64,000 nt of DNA. Origin: Octopus sinensis. Lineage: Eukaryota. Numbering within the stretch: position 1 is the first letter of the stretch; every line of letters begins with the position of its first letter. The notes beneath the pieces were generated by a model. That model made no database searches. It had not been told where the DNA came from and worked only from the letters and a program-made list of their open reading frames with translations. A program made the position numbers and the translations under genes. Where the stretch lies: assembly GCF_006345805.1 (NCBI RefSeq), contig NC_042999.1:130138001-130202000 (forward strand). Direction: 5' to 3'. Shown in pieces: positions 24,645-37,602 of this stretch.

Positions 24645-25380
24645 GCGAGAAAGAAGCAACAGAATGGATAGGTTTTTAGTACAATCGTTTCATACAAGGA
24701 CAGGCTTTATTAAAAGTTGTAAAAATTACAGCATATAAACGTGTCCCGTACTCATCAGCTAAATACATGTGAGTTCTCTAGACATCCTATGGTTGAGGCT
24801 ATACTCATAAGTAATGTACATAATTAAGTAACATAAACAGATTTCAAAGTTCATTTAAGTTCTTTAAAGATGATGTACAGTCTTATCACAGAATTTTAAA
24901 AGTTCTAATAGCATCACAGAGAAGGTGACCTAATCCATAGAGCACATATGAATTCCAGAGATATGATGAGGATTACATACTCACAGAAGACAAATTATCC
25001 ATTGTTAATCACAACGAGGTGGGTCTCAATTCCTGCTTATTAGCATTACAGAGAGGGTGATTAATCCTTTGTAAAGATGCACATTTCCAATGGTGTAGAT
25101 GTAAGTTTCCAGAGAAATGAAGAGGATTTCATATTCGGGAGTCACAGGCGATAAATTTATCAATGGTTGAACACAATGACACTTTATATGCTGTAATTTT
25201 TACAACTTTTAATAAAGCCTGTCCTTGTATGAAACGATTGTACTAAAAACCTATCCATTCTTGTTGCTTCTTTCTCGCTTATATCACCCCACATTACTGT
25301 ATTGTTAAAACAGTATAGTTTTTTTTGGTGCATCTAAGTTAGGTACCATATTCAAGTAAATTCATTTAAATTAACTTGAA
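24645..25380. mobile_element. Penelope-like terminal region with inverted ends and HHR
   Basis: 24645-24744 is the reverse complement of 25180-25278; internal diverged tandem units at 24905-25170; flanked by TA repeats. Confidence 0.7.
24674..24763 (-). ncRNA. Type I hammerhead motif with intact core and long stem II loop
   Basis: Reverse complement TTTAG-CTGATGA-GTACGGGACA-(loop with AATAAA)-TGTCCTTGTAT-GAAA-CGATTG-TA-CTAAA. Confidence 0.7.
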
Positions 25381-25420
25381 TCTTTATTGCTTTTTGTATA
25401 TATATATATATATATATATA

Positions 25421-25566
25421 AACGACGGGCTTTTTTCACTACCAAATTCACTCACAATTTTTGGGTCGGTCCGAGGTTATAGTGGAAGACACTTGCCCAG
25501 AGTGCCATGTAGTGGGACTGAACCCGGAACCATGTGGTTGAGAAGCAAGATTCTTTGCCTGCGCCT
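25421..25566 (-). mobile_element. SINE family A, 5' fragment
   Basis: Match to the family A head. Confidence 0.75.
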
Positions 25567-25899
25567 GCATTTAGAATGTTTATATGGAAGTTCCCTTGGG
25601 TTCAAAGATGTTAGAGTCGAGAGGTTATGTCTGCCCCTGATTATAAAGGGTCCGAAAATAATGCGCGAAAGCATTGCACCATGTCATTGCACCCCCCCCC
25701 CCACACACACCACATACACACACATACTCATACACACACATCCGCACACACATAGACACACACTCCACATACACATACACACATGTGCAGGCGTGGCTGT
25801 GTGGTACCTTGGGCACGTGCCTTCTACTTCAGCCTTGTGAGTGGATCTGCATACAATAAATCTCTGAGTGGATCTGCATACAATAAAGCTGTTATTAGA

Positions 25900-26600
25900 G
25901 AGGTAAACGTCTTTGTTTTTGCTGACAGCCTTTCCAAATAAAATAATTTATCAGCGTTTCTATGATGAATATATACACTTTCCCTGAAATTTTGGAATGC
26001 CTTTACAAGCAGAACCAAAAAGCATAGAGAAAATAACCTTAATCCAAGAATACAGAGTACATGACTTGTGTACTTTCATCCATTCTTTACTCATACGGGA
26101 CTGGATAGTATATAGAAAGCTCTTCAGGCTACAAGAGCGATTTCATCAACGATTTTTGCGCTCTATACTGATAATCAAATGGATGCACAAATTACTAGAT
26201 TCTGAAGTGCTTGAGTGTGATGGTGTGGATGGCATTGAAACTGAAATTCCTCGTCTGGCCATCTGATAAAGGAATCTGATCAATGCATTTCCAAACGACT
26301 ATTATATGGTGAGATAAAAGGAGCAAAGAGGCCGCAATGTAAACCAAAATTGCGTTTCAAAGATTTAATATTTAGCTCTCTGAAGAGTTCCATTATGGAA
26401 GAGTGATGCAGTGGACCGACCAAAGTGGAGGAGAAAAATCCGAGAAGATAATAAGCAGAAACGTGCACTGATAAAACGAGAGACAAGAAAGTGTTAGCAT
26501 GAGCCTTCTCTCTTAACTCGGTGATATCTGCAACCGTATTTGGCTCTCCCAAGCTGGACTAGTTAGTTATAAGTGGAAGCGCGTATATAGGCCTCTACTA
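25900..26600 (+). pseudogene. RTE (BovB-like) LINE 3' fragment
   Basis: WIVYRKLFRLQERFHQRFLRSILIIKW...EVLE and KRLLYGEI...KPKLRFKD motifs. Confidence 0.75.
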
Positions 26601-26883
26601 ACTTTTCATAATTAGTCTGATGAATTAGCTTGTTCTGTTTGCAATGAGATCAACAGAAGTAAATTTAGGTTGACAATGTACAAGAAATGTCACAACAATT
26701 TCCAGCAGTCTTTACAGCAAAATCATGTTGTTTGTGTAAAAAAGTTTGCAAATCTCTAACCATCTGGTAATATTCAACTGTAAATATTCAGCTCCATATT
26801 GCCTGCGAGTTGGTGTCTGCGTGTATGTAACCCGTTAGTGCTGGTGTTGAGAAGAGTCATACTCGATTAACGAGTCGACAGCC

Positions 26884-26946
<63 letters not shown>

Positions 26947-27962
26947 ATATATATATATATTATTATATATAATACATACATATACTGTGTGGTGTGTTTA
27001 TTGTGTGTGTGTGTGTGTGTGTGTTTGGTATATATATATATATATATATACATATATATACATAACCAAACACAGAGACATGAATATACATACATACGTA
27101 GATAAATAGATAGATAGACAGATAGATAGATAGGTATGCACTGCTTCAAAGCGATAGGTCAACCCCTTTCTTGAAGTGGAAATAATTTCGAGAAATGAAG
27201 AATTTTTCTTATGTGCTATTTAATGTACCCTTATTCGTCTCTATTGCTCAAATACATGTCATTTTCGTTTCATTTATGCAAATTACTTCCTCAGATAATC
27301 AGATTATCTTTACTGTAATGACATATCAATCTCGGAGAAACTTTGATACTTGAGATTATCTCTTCTTATTTGGAATTGCTTCCAATTTTCACCAAAGAAT
27401 TGGCTTACTTTATAGAAACGGAGATAATTTCAATAAATCAGGCTTTTATTTTGCATGTCATTTAATATAATCTTTTCCGTCTTTATTTAAATCAAAACAC
27501 ATTCTACTGAGCACTCATTGGTCATTTCCGCTTCACACACACACACACGCGCGCGCGCGCCTAATTTCCTTTTCTTCACTGAGAAAACAACGCGCCAGAA
27601 AGCAGGATCTGGCGCCAGTCCTGCTTCTCCTCAGTTCAAAGATTTGAGCGAAGTTGACTCCAACACTGGGACCAACTTCGTGCAAACACGAAGACACGCA
27701 GGCAAAACGCAACTTCTCCAAATGGAAACCTTACCTGCTTTCATTGTGGTTTTGTGGCACGAAGCAAAGCGGGCCTTGCTGTCCGCTCAAGAAGACACAT
27801 AGTAAATGATCCACAAGCACTCGAGTAAACTGAATCTTTAACTTGTTCCTTTTGCCGAAAGGTTTGCAAGGCACCAGTAGGTGGACATACATTTCCATAG
27901 AACATGATCATTGCTTTACTTTACTGAACCCTCATTTGTCGTTCACGTCGAGAGAATCCATC

Positions 27963-27993
<31 letters not shown>

Positions 27994-28008
27994 ATATATA
28001 TATACATA

Positions 28009-28427
28009 TACTCTTTTACTTTTTTACTTGTTTCAGTCATTTGACTGCGGCCATGCTGAGCACCGCCTTTAGCAGAACAAATGGACACCAGGACTTATTC
28101 TTTATAAGTCTACTACTTATTCTATCGGTCTCTTTTGCCGAACCGCTAAGTTACGGGGACGTAAACACACCACCACCAGTTGTCAAGCGATGTTGGGGTG
28201 GGTGGGTGGGGGTGCAAACACAGACACACAAACATATACACACATACATATATATATATACATATACTACGGGCTTCTTTTGAGTTTCCGTCTGCCAAAT
28301 CCATTCACAAGGCTTTGGTCGGCCCGAGGCTATAGTAGAAGACACCTGCCCAAGGTGCTACGCAGTGGGACTGAACCCGGAACCATGTAGTTGCCAAGCA
28401 AGCTACTTACCATACGCTACTCCTGTG

Positions 28428-28429
<2 letters not shown>
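28009..28429 (-). mobile_element. SINE family A, full length
   Basis: tRNA head, CORE-like CACCTTGGGCAGGTGTC, internal TA/CA microsatellite, (GTAAAAGA)n tail. Confidence 0.9.
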
Positions 28430-28463
<34 letters not shown>

Positions 28464-28464
<1 letters not shown>

Positions 28465-29259
28465 TAGCTTAAAAGCCGCCTTATCGAGCGGCTTTTAAGC
28501 TGGCTCCTGTGGCGGGTTCTTCATTAAGCTTTGGGCCCAACAATGACACTTCATGCATTGAGTACATATCAAATTTTATTAAACTTGACCAATATGTTTC
28601 AAGCAATGAGCAATTTTCATTGAAACAATGATATGATTTGTCGACTTTGATCTTATTGCAAAGCTGCATGACAAACAACCTCTTTTGTCTTCCCATTCGG
28701 GAGTCAGTACAATTTTGTTTTCTATCTAACCTCTTTCTTTCTCTCCCCGTCTCTTTCTGTTGATTGTTTTCAACCATCACCATATCCAGTACCACCAACA
28801 TCGCCGCCACAACTGCAATACACACACCATTCAGACTTCTGATGCCACCGCCATCAATACCTTTCACTTCGCCGCCTTCCCCTCCGTCACCATCACTACT
28901 GGTTGCACATCGCTTACTCTCACTTCATCCCTCACCACCTCGGCTTCTCTCCACCATCATTATCATCACCGCCGCCTCCGCTTCTATCACAACTACAGCT
29001 CATACTATTACTATCACCCCATTACCATCACAAAAAGGCTAAATGTATACTCTTTTACTCTTTTACTTGTTTCAGTCATTTGACTGCGTCCATGCTGGAG
29101 CACCGCCTTTAGTCGAACAAATGGACCCCAGGTCTTATTCTTTGTAAGCCTACTACTTATTCTATCGGTCTCTTTTGCCGAACCGCCAAGTTACGGGGAC
29201 GTAAACACACCAGCATCGGTTGTCAAGCGATGTTGGGGGGGAGAAACAGAGACACACAA

Positions 29260-29305
<46 letters not shown>

Positions 29306-29776
29306 TATGACTTCTTTCAGTTTCCGTCTACCAAATTCACTCACAAGGAGGCTACAGTAGGAGACACTTGCCGAAGGTGCCACGCAGTGGGACTGAACCC
29401 AGAACCATGTGGTTGGTAAGCAAGCTACTTACCACACAGCCACTCTTGCGACTGTGTTCGTTCAGTATGTTACTTCAGCATTAGTTCAGTGTTCAGTCTC
29501 TCTTTCTCTCACATACCCACTCTTTCTCTCTTTCTTATTATTACTCCCACTGCCACCATCAACACTACTACTTTTAATAAAAACATCAACTCTCCCTAAA
29601 TTTCTTTGCCTCTCTTTTTCCCCCTCTCTTTTTCTTTCCCTCTCACCGTCTCTATGCCGGCTATTACTCTCACCCCAAAATGAACAATAGTAAAAGGGTT
29701 AATGAGTAGTGAGTGAGGGTGTCGAAGTGTGACACACTGACACACAGAAATAAGTTTTCGCATTTATTATATTAGA
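28464..29776 (-). mobile_element. Non-autonomous Helitron containing a nested SINE
   Basis: Reverse-complement 5' end TCTAATATAATAAATGCG; 3' hairpin GCTTAAAAGCCGC/GCGGCTTTTAAGC followed by CTAG; inserted between A and T. Confidence 0.75.
29048..29451 (-). mobile_element. SINE family A nested in the Helitron
   Basis: Match to other family A copies. Confidence 0.88.
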
Positions 29777-30741
29777 TATATATATATACATGTACATACA
29801 TATGTAGGCTTATGGTTTGACGTCACAACTATCCTGAGAACTGAAATCTTACCTTCATGTATTAGGCAACTAGAATCCGGACCAGTCTACTATGTCTCAG
29901 ATATCCATATAACTTGCTTTCATACATACATACTTACTTGTATTTACACATATGCATACATGCAATATACACAAAACACATATTCATATATTAGAATGTG
30001 TCGGTTTCAGGAAGGGCATCAGCGCTTAGAATACTGTTTGCACTTTGACACGTCTTGTTCAAACCATGCAAGTCTGGAAAGAGCAGACGTCAAAACGACG
30101 ATACTGGTGACGATGAGTTCGATAACGATGATGATGATGATGATGTTGATTACAATTTCGATACATAGTCATGGAAACAGACATTCGCAGATAGACATAT
30201 GAACATACATTACGCAGATGCACACACACACACACACACACACACAACACACACACTCAATCACACACACATACACACATACAAACTACTCACACACACA
30301 TACGCACATATACACCACACGCACATATACACCAAAGCACACCACACATACACACGCACATACACGTACACATACACACACAAACTACTCACACACACAC
30401 GCTTGCACACGCGAACACACACACACACACCACATTAACACATACACGCATAAACCGTTCACACACACGCATACAACACGTGCGCACCCACAAACACACA
30501 CACATACACACACGAACACACGTGCGCGCACAGACACACACACACACACCACACATACACACCACACATACACACCACACACACATACACGCACAAACCA
30601 CTCACAAACACGCACACAACGCGCGCGCGCGCCCACAAAAACACACACGCACACACACAGGAACACACACACACACACACAGAGGAACACATGCACACAC
30701 ATACACAGCACGCACAAACCCTACAACGCATGGAACACATA

Positions 30742-31564
30742 TACGAGGGAGTGCTGCTTAAAAGTTCCTGGCTTTGGGTAAAAGAAAATACAGGCGGATT
30801 AGTTAATTATGATTTTATTCAGCATATTCGGATCTTTTCCTTTTGAACGGCAGATGTCAACACAATTTCTAGTTAACTAAACACTTTTAATCTTCGTATA
30901 CTGGTAGAATGTGTTTATAAAACATCATTTTCTCTTGGTTTTATTGAGAAAATCCTATAGTTTGTAAGATATTTCGTCAGAAAATCCGAGCATTTCAGCA
31001 ATTTTAACCAATCGATTACCTCCATTCAACTAAAATCATTTGCTGCGTCTAAAACTGAAACAACATCCTGGAACTAACCCTAAACCTCCCCCCGCTAACC
31101 CTAACCCTAATTTTTTTTCTTAATTGTTGAATTAATTTAATTCTATTGCTTTAGTTTTTTTTTACACGCGTAACAATTAAATTAATTTAACAATTAAGAA
31201 AAAAAAATTAGGGTTAGGGTTAGGGGGAGGTTTAGGGTTAGTTACAGGATGTTGTCTCAGTTTTAGACGCAGCAAATGATTTTAGCTCAAAAGAGAGCAT
31301 AGGATTGGTTAAAATTCGAAAAATTAAACTACGTTAAACAAACAAATTACAATTTTCTCAAGAAAGCCAAGAGAAAAAAATGTTTTATTTTGACACATTC
31401 TACCAGTATACGAAGTTTTAAAGTGGTCTGCCGTTCAAAAGGAAAAGATCCGCATATTCCCCTTTGGTGTTTCTAAGCCCTGTAAATGAACTCAGAAGGT
31501 CGGGCCTCCAAGCGGACCTTTCGCAAGAGTCTTCAAGCCAGGAACTTTTTCAGCACCCTTTCAT
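30742..31564. mobile_element. Mariner-derived MITE interrupted by a palindromic MITE
   Basis: TIRs TACGAGGGAGTGCTG..AAAAGTTCCTGGCTT / AAGCCAGGAACTTTTTCAGCACCCTTTCATA. Confidence 0.7.
30830..31451. mobile_element. Palindromic MITE with GGATCTTTTCCTTTTGAACGGCAG TIRs, 8-bp TSD and internal telomere-like repeats
   Basis: TSD GCATATTC at 30822-30829 and 31452-31459; nearly the whole element folds back. Confidence 0.9.
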
Positions 31565-32159
31565 AACCATTGCTTAGAAATTGCAGCCTTCGAACTTGCA
31601 GAACTGAAATAGTTCATGAGGGGAATGACACATTATTGAAATAAAACGTCAAAGTCCTTTTTTGTTCTCTGCTTATTTTAGCGGTTGATTTATTGTTATT
31701 TTATGTCCTCGAACTCCTGTAAGAAATGTCGTTCATACGTTCATATATCTATATGCTTATTCATTCACGCTCTCATTCGTTTACAACCCACTCTTTCATG
31801 TTCTCGTTCGTTTACACACCTGCTCTGTTTCACACTCGCACTTGATACTAGTGTTTCGGTTGAAACGCTTTCCAAGTAGTGTGTGTATGTGTGTGTGAGT
31901 GTGTGTGAGTGTGTGTGTGAGTGTGTGTGAGTGTGTGTGTGTGTATATATATATACATATTCATATGTATATATAATATATACATATTCATATCTGTTAC
32001 GTGTACTTATGTGTGTATCTGTATATCAATCCATCTGTCTGTCTGTATCCCCATATACATACAGATGTGTGTGTGTGTATAAATATATATATACATACAA
32101 CATACATACACACATACATACATACATAATACATACATATATATATATATATATATATG

Positions 32160-32277
32160 GTTCAAACGTATAGAAAACAAAAGACACAGGTGTGGGAACA
32201 ACAAGAACCAGATGTATTAGTTTGACACGCGGGAATATATATAAATTGTATGTATATACACACACACACACACATAC

Positions 32278-32319
<42 letters not shown>

Positions 32320-32805
32320 TATAATATTTTATATATATATATATTATGTGTGTGTGTGTATATAGTCAAATCGAATAAACGAACATTAAAAATAACAATA
32401 ACGAAAAACGAGAGGACGTGCATATTGAATGTATTAGTTTGACGCTCGGCAAAAAGAATGCTTTTGACATTTCGAGTATTGCTCTTCGTCGGAAAGGAAA
32501 ACAGAAAAGTCCCAAAAAAGGGAAATCTCACCAACAGCAGGTATGCTGTTATAAATATACGTACACACACGCACACACGTACACACATACACACGTACAC
32601 ATACACACACACACACACGCATCAACACATATGTATGTATGTATATATATATACTATATATATATATATTATATATATATATAAATTCAAAAAGCACATT
32701 AAATACAGGACATCACCAACGATGAAAAATACGTAAACACACGAGAGATAAGTACAGGATATGATACCAAAAGAAGCTAACTCGCTCGTCAGTTGTCAGT
32801 GTCTA
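32160..32805 (-). mobile_element. Penelope-like terminal fragments interleaved with TA/CA repeats
   Basis: ATGTATTAGTTTGAC occurs twice; degenerate HHR at 32461-32497; GAGGACGTG segment shared with 36900-36960 and, inverted, 37985-38080. Confidence 0.45.
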
Positions 32806-32829
32806 TAGAGGAAAGAATTGTTTCTTTTT

Positions 32830-33790
32830 ATTTGTGCACCTCGTCTGTTTGACTGAGCTGCAGTTCTGGATCAAGCGCAGACCGAGGCGGGACGCCTAGC
32901 ACCTAGAGTGTCGTCAGGCGCCCACAGTCCTCTATCAGTCGGGCAATGTAGTCGGTGGAAATTCCACTCTGGCATTCTATAGATGTTTAGTGGCGGTCTA
33001 GTGCGATGATGTTCTTGGGGAGACTCTGGGCGTCGACGAGAATCAGCTGACTGGTCTGTTCTGGAGGACTTTCGGTCTGGAGTCCATGGATAATTTCCTG
33101 AAATCCTTGACCTCGTGGGCTACCGGGAGCATTACCAGTTCAGAATAAACTCCACAGGCATTAAAGTACCGTCGACCGGGCTTACCCGAGATGTGCGCAG
33201 TGTGACGAAACTCTTTTGCACGCTCTCGTGTAGTGCCAAAGCATTGCTAACCTGTGGGATTATGTCGAACACTTGGGATTATGTCGAACATGTGTAGGGG
33301 GGATCCGGCTGCTAGCTGAATCCATTGTGAAGATTGTCCTGCCTCCTTCCTATGGTCGGGAAGAGCAGGCAATATTTATTTGTTTGGTAGCTTTAGCGAC
33401 TGATGCTGTGTGGTGGACCAGATTGAAAGGGCTGAAGACAGATACTTTCTTCATTGGTCAAGCCCTCATAAATTTTTTCAAGTTTCAGTTGAAATGGAAA
33501 GTGAGGGTAGAAAAGGAAGTGCTGCTTCCCAGCAATTTTGTTGAAAGGTGAGTGAATGTTGCACGAATGATCCCAGTGAACGGGTTTACTTTAAGTATGA
33601 GCCTGTAAATTGAAAGAAAATGATGTGGAGGAAGCACTTGCTTTAATGGTCAGGATGACCGTGGTTTTGTGGGGTTTTCATCGTTAGTATTTATTTTATA
33701 ATAATTTTTCTACTTTTTACACTCTTCGTTATGCAACCCCATATTGTATTGTCCAGTACCGTCATCAAGGTTGTTTTTTATTTACCTCAG
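32830..33790 (+). pseudogene. Tx1/L1-like LINE ORF2 C-terminal fragment and 3' UTR
   Basis: YPRCAQCDETLLHALV*CQSIANLWDYVE zinc knuckle followed by ...DAVWWTRLKG...FVER*VNVA. Confidence 0.7.
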
Positions 33791-34033
33791 TGGTAAATAA
33801 AGAAAGCATTATTATAAATGACACATCACTTTAAGTATGCATTGTCACACTGAGTGAACTTACGATAGGATCTAACGAAGGACTTATTTAAACAATTACG
33901 TGACGAGGCGTATTTTACACCTTGTAGACATATTGGAAACACCTAGTGATTGCTTGATTTGTGTGTCAAGGACGGCTAGGACTTGACAACTACAAGTACG
34001 AAGAAATGGAAAAACACCAATACCAGAAACGAG

Positions 34034-34065
<32 letters not shown>

Positions 34066-34109
34066 AGGAGAGAAAAAGAGAGAGAGGGAGAAAGAGAGAA
34101 AGAGAGCTC

Positions 34110-34920
34110 ATAGTGCAAATGATCTGTGATTTAAAAGAGGAGGTTTGCCTGGTGAAAGCAATCGTGCTTGCCCATCAAGGACAATGGATATCATGGGACC
34201 AAGCACTCGAGCGCCTATTATCTTGGAAAGAACTCTGAAACACTGGCCAGAGAAGAGTGTCCTTCGTCCTTCGTGCAGTCGCTGACCTCTGGCCAATGCC
34301 ATATACGGAACATAGAAGAGCCATCCTGCAAGCAGTGCAGAGCAACTCTTTGTACCCTGTAACACATTTTGACGGGATGCCCTTGGACACTGGGAGAAAG
34401 CCGATACAAGTAGAGTCTTGACAAGATATTTGCATAAGTCTCCAAGTGGACTCATCTACAAAAGGTGAAGACTGATAAAAACTCCAAAAGGTATCAAATT
34501 TCTAATGGAAAGCGACAAAGCTCTCAAGACGAACGCAATGGCTGGCGACTGGTTTTCTATTTTGCGTTCAAACTCAGACTGAGAGATTCAAGCGGACCTG
34601 AAGGGCAGACATGTCTTTCCAGAGGTGATAGTGGTAAGATCACTCCGATCAGACATGTGTCTGCTCTCCAGAAGTACAAAAGCAATCATCGTGGTCGAAC
34701 TCACAGCGTCCTGGGAGGACATACTCGATATTCCCCATCATGTAAAGAAAACGAAATATCAAGACTTAGTCGATGTGTTCCTTGTCAAGGGATAGCATGC
34801 GGCCTCATTGATCAATGAAGTTGGCTGGCGAGGATTTTTAGTAAGATCGGTGCTCTATTTCATAGAGAAGATAGGTTAAAAACGCAAATAACAGAAAAAA
34901 GCCATCTAGGAGATCAATAT
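34110..34920 (+). pseudogene. RLE-type non-LTR retrotransposon (HERO/NeSL-like) C-terminal fragment
   Basis: QGQWISWD, CKQC..TL*HILTGCP..LGESRY, LRSDMCLLSRSTKAIIVVELTASWED, KKTKYQDLV, EVGWRGF. Confidence 0.75.
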
Positions 34921-34968
34921 TTTACAAGTGAAACAAATATTTGACACGTCAGATATGCCATTAGAAAT

Positions 34969-35374
34969 TACTCTTTTACTTGTTTCAGTCATTTGACTGT
35001 AGCCACGCTGGAGCACCGCCTTTAGTCGAGCAAATCGACCCCAAAACTTATTCTTTGTAAGCCTAGTACTTATGCAATCGGACTTTTTGCCGAACCGCTA
35101 AGTTACGGGGACGTAAACACACCAGCATCGGTTGTCAAGCGATGTCGGAGTGACAAACACAGACACACAGAATATACACACACATACACATATATTCATA
35201 TACATATATTACGACGGGCTTCTTTCAGTTTCCGTCTACCAAATCCACTCACAAGGCTTTGGTCGGCCCGAGGCTATAGTAGAAGACACTTGCCCAAGGT
35301 GCCACGCAGTGGGACTGAACCCGGAACCATGTGGTTCGTAAGCAAGCTACTTACCACACAGCCACTCCTACGCC
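34969..35374 (-). mobile_element. SINE family A, full length
   Basis: Near-consensus copy. Confidence 0.92.
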
Positions 35375-35844
35375 TATACTAGGAACTTTTTTGAAGATCG
35401 TGACGGTTCGTACGATTTATATGAAGTCCCTAAAGTACAAGTTGAAACCATTGATGACACTTATGAAAGCAAACATCAAACCCCAATCCGGCCATTTGAG
35501 TTAAAAAAAAAATTTTTTTTTAAAGTTGGTAACACTAGTGTAGACCAGAAAGATCCTACTCTAATCATGGAATGGATTCCTGATATTCTACCAAAATCTC
35601 ACATGAGAGAATTACGAATAAAATTTGAATACGGACATCAAAGAAATGGACATGTAGAGCACAGGTTGATAGCCGCTACTTCACCTGAGATTCCAGTACA
35701 GACTATTCTGTCCTGGAATATTTTGCTGAATATGTTTCAGCAAAACATATTAAGCAACACTATTAATAAATTAAAAAAAAAAACATAAAAATAAACAAGC
35801 TTTTCACGGTTTTATAGATATTTCAGAATTATTATGCTATGATG

Positions 35845-35876
35845 CTAGGTGTTTCCATTATTTTGTTCAACCCCTG
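35845..35876. mobile_element. Tc1-like TIR remnant
   Basis: Reverse complement CAGGGGTTGAACAAAATAATGGAAACACC. Confidence 0.4.
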
Positions 35877-35998
35877 TGTGTGTATTTCAGCACGACGTGT
35901 ATTTATAGTGAATGTATAATGAAATGTGGAAATTGATTTAAAATCTGTTCTCAGCATATTGGCATAGCAATAAATTTTCTTTTGCCCTTGTTTACAGT

Positions 35999-36062
<64 letters not shown>

Positions 36063-36130
36063 ACTTATAAACAAGGGCAAAAGAAAAATTATAAATATAT
36101 ATCTATATATATATATATATTAATCCAAAC

Positions 36131-36672
36131 AAGAAACTTTTGTACATAGGCATCCTTGTTTAAGATCTAAGAAAAATTACGTTGCCTGTGTACACAAACA
36201 GATACCTGACTTACTTGACTCATACCTACATGCATAGAAACACGATGGCTTGAAACACGTTTTCAAGCATTGCCATCGCCCGATCAAAAATTCCACACAT
36301 GCGAAGACTACGACTAGCCATTTTTGTGATGGTCTTAATTCTTTTTTTCTTTCCCATGCGATGCCTGTGCGGATGAATTTTTTAGCGGGGAAAGGATTTA
36401 CACAAATCCAATCCCACTCTCTGATCTGAACATGGGCAACATAAATGCTAGGTCTGATAAGAAATTGAAGCTTCAGTTCAAATAGTAAATTAACTGACTG
36501 CAACAATATTCAGGGAAATTAGTCAACTGTCTCCAACAAAATTTCCTATCATGATTGTGATAACCAAGACATGTAGATATCACTTTTTTATGCTGAGTTT
36601 TCGTGCTATTGAAAAGGTTTGCAGGATTTAGATTACAAGTAACCTGATCGACACCCTAGGCCTCAGCATCAT

Positions 36673-36723
<51 letters not shown>

Positions 36724-36804
36724 TGTGTGTGGTGTGTGTGTGTGTCTGTGGTGTGTGTGTGAAGTTACCGGCTACTTCAGGGCTCTTAAAAATCCAACTG
36801 AATA
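36131..36804 (-). repeat. Near-identical duplicate of 43144-43802 (Helitron helicase fragment)
   Basis: Direct comparison; differences are mostly 1-2 bp indels and microsatellite length. Confidence 0.92.
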
Positions 36805-36864
36805 TATATATAATCTTATATATATATATATATAACACACACAACTTATAAACAGGGCAAAAGA

Positions 36865-36905
<41 letters not shown>

Positions 36906-37495
36906 ATCCAAACAAGAAAACACAGAAAAAAAGAGAAAAAAACAGCAACGCGAGGACGTGATCGTTATGCAACAATAACATACTACAAAGTATATTAAAG
37001 AGTTATGTCAATACTGTGTCGTACCTGTGTTGGCAGTGCGATTCGATCTCTTTTAAAAGTTACCTCTACAGATTTTCCATAGCCACCACTGAAAGTTACG
37101 ACGTTTTCTACCAGTTGCCAGTAATGTATTTAATAAGTAAATTGGTTTATTCAATTGTGTTAAACCGCTAAATTTAGTGGCTATTTAAGCAATGTGATCG
37201 TGAATGGTTATTGGGTTGAATGTGGCATGAAGAAGGAGCAATAACTCCCGAAATATGCATATATAACCACTACCTATTTTTCTAGTTTCGATCGCATTGT
37301 TAATATAGACGCATTCTTACACGAAACGCCATAACTTTCGATGCTGGATCTAATTTCTATAGATAAATAGTTAGCATAACAATTCAATGACTGAAATAAT
37401 CCAATGACTGAAACTAGTAAAAGAATAAAAGCATATGCGTATACATACTCAACATCTCGTATTGAGTATACTTATTCGGCTATTTGTAAAACTAA

Positions 37496-37546
<51 letters not shown>

Positions 37547-37555
37547 CACACACAC

Positions 37556-37602
<47 letters not shown>

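Noticed and set aside
27518-27900. GC-richer ORF and minus-strand CAG|GTAAGG donor near 27735
   Set aside because: No recognisable domain or acceptor; cannot be supported without transcripts.
30199-30781. His/Thr-rich and Cys/Val-rich ORFs (also 21455-22484 and 55217-56314)
   Set aside because: Degenerate CA/TG/TA microsatellites.
31073-31241. Telomere fusion relic
   Set aside because: The repeats are short and lie inside a TSD-flanked MITE.
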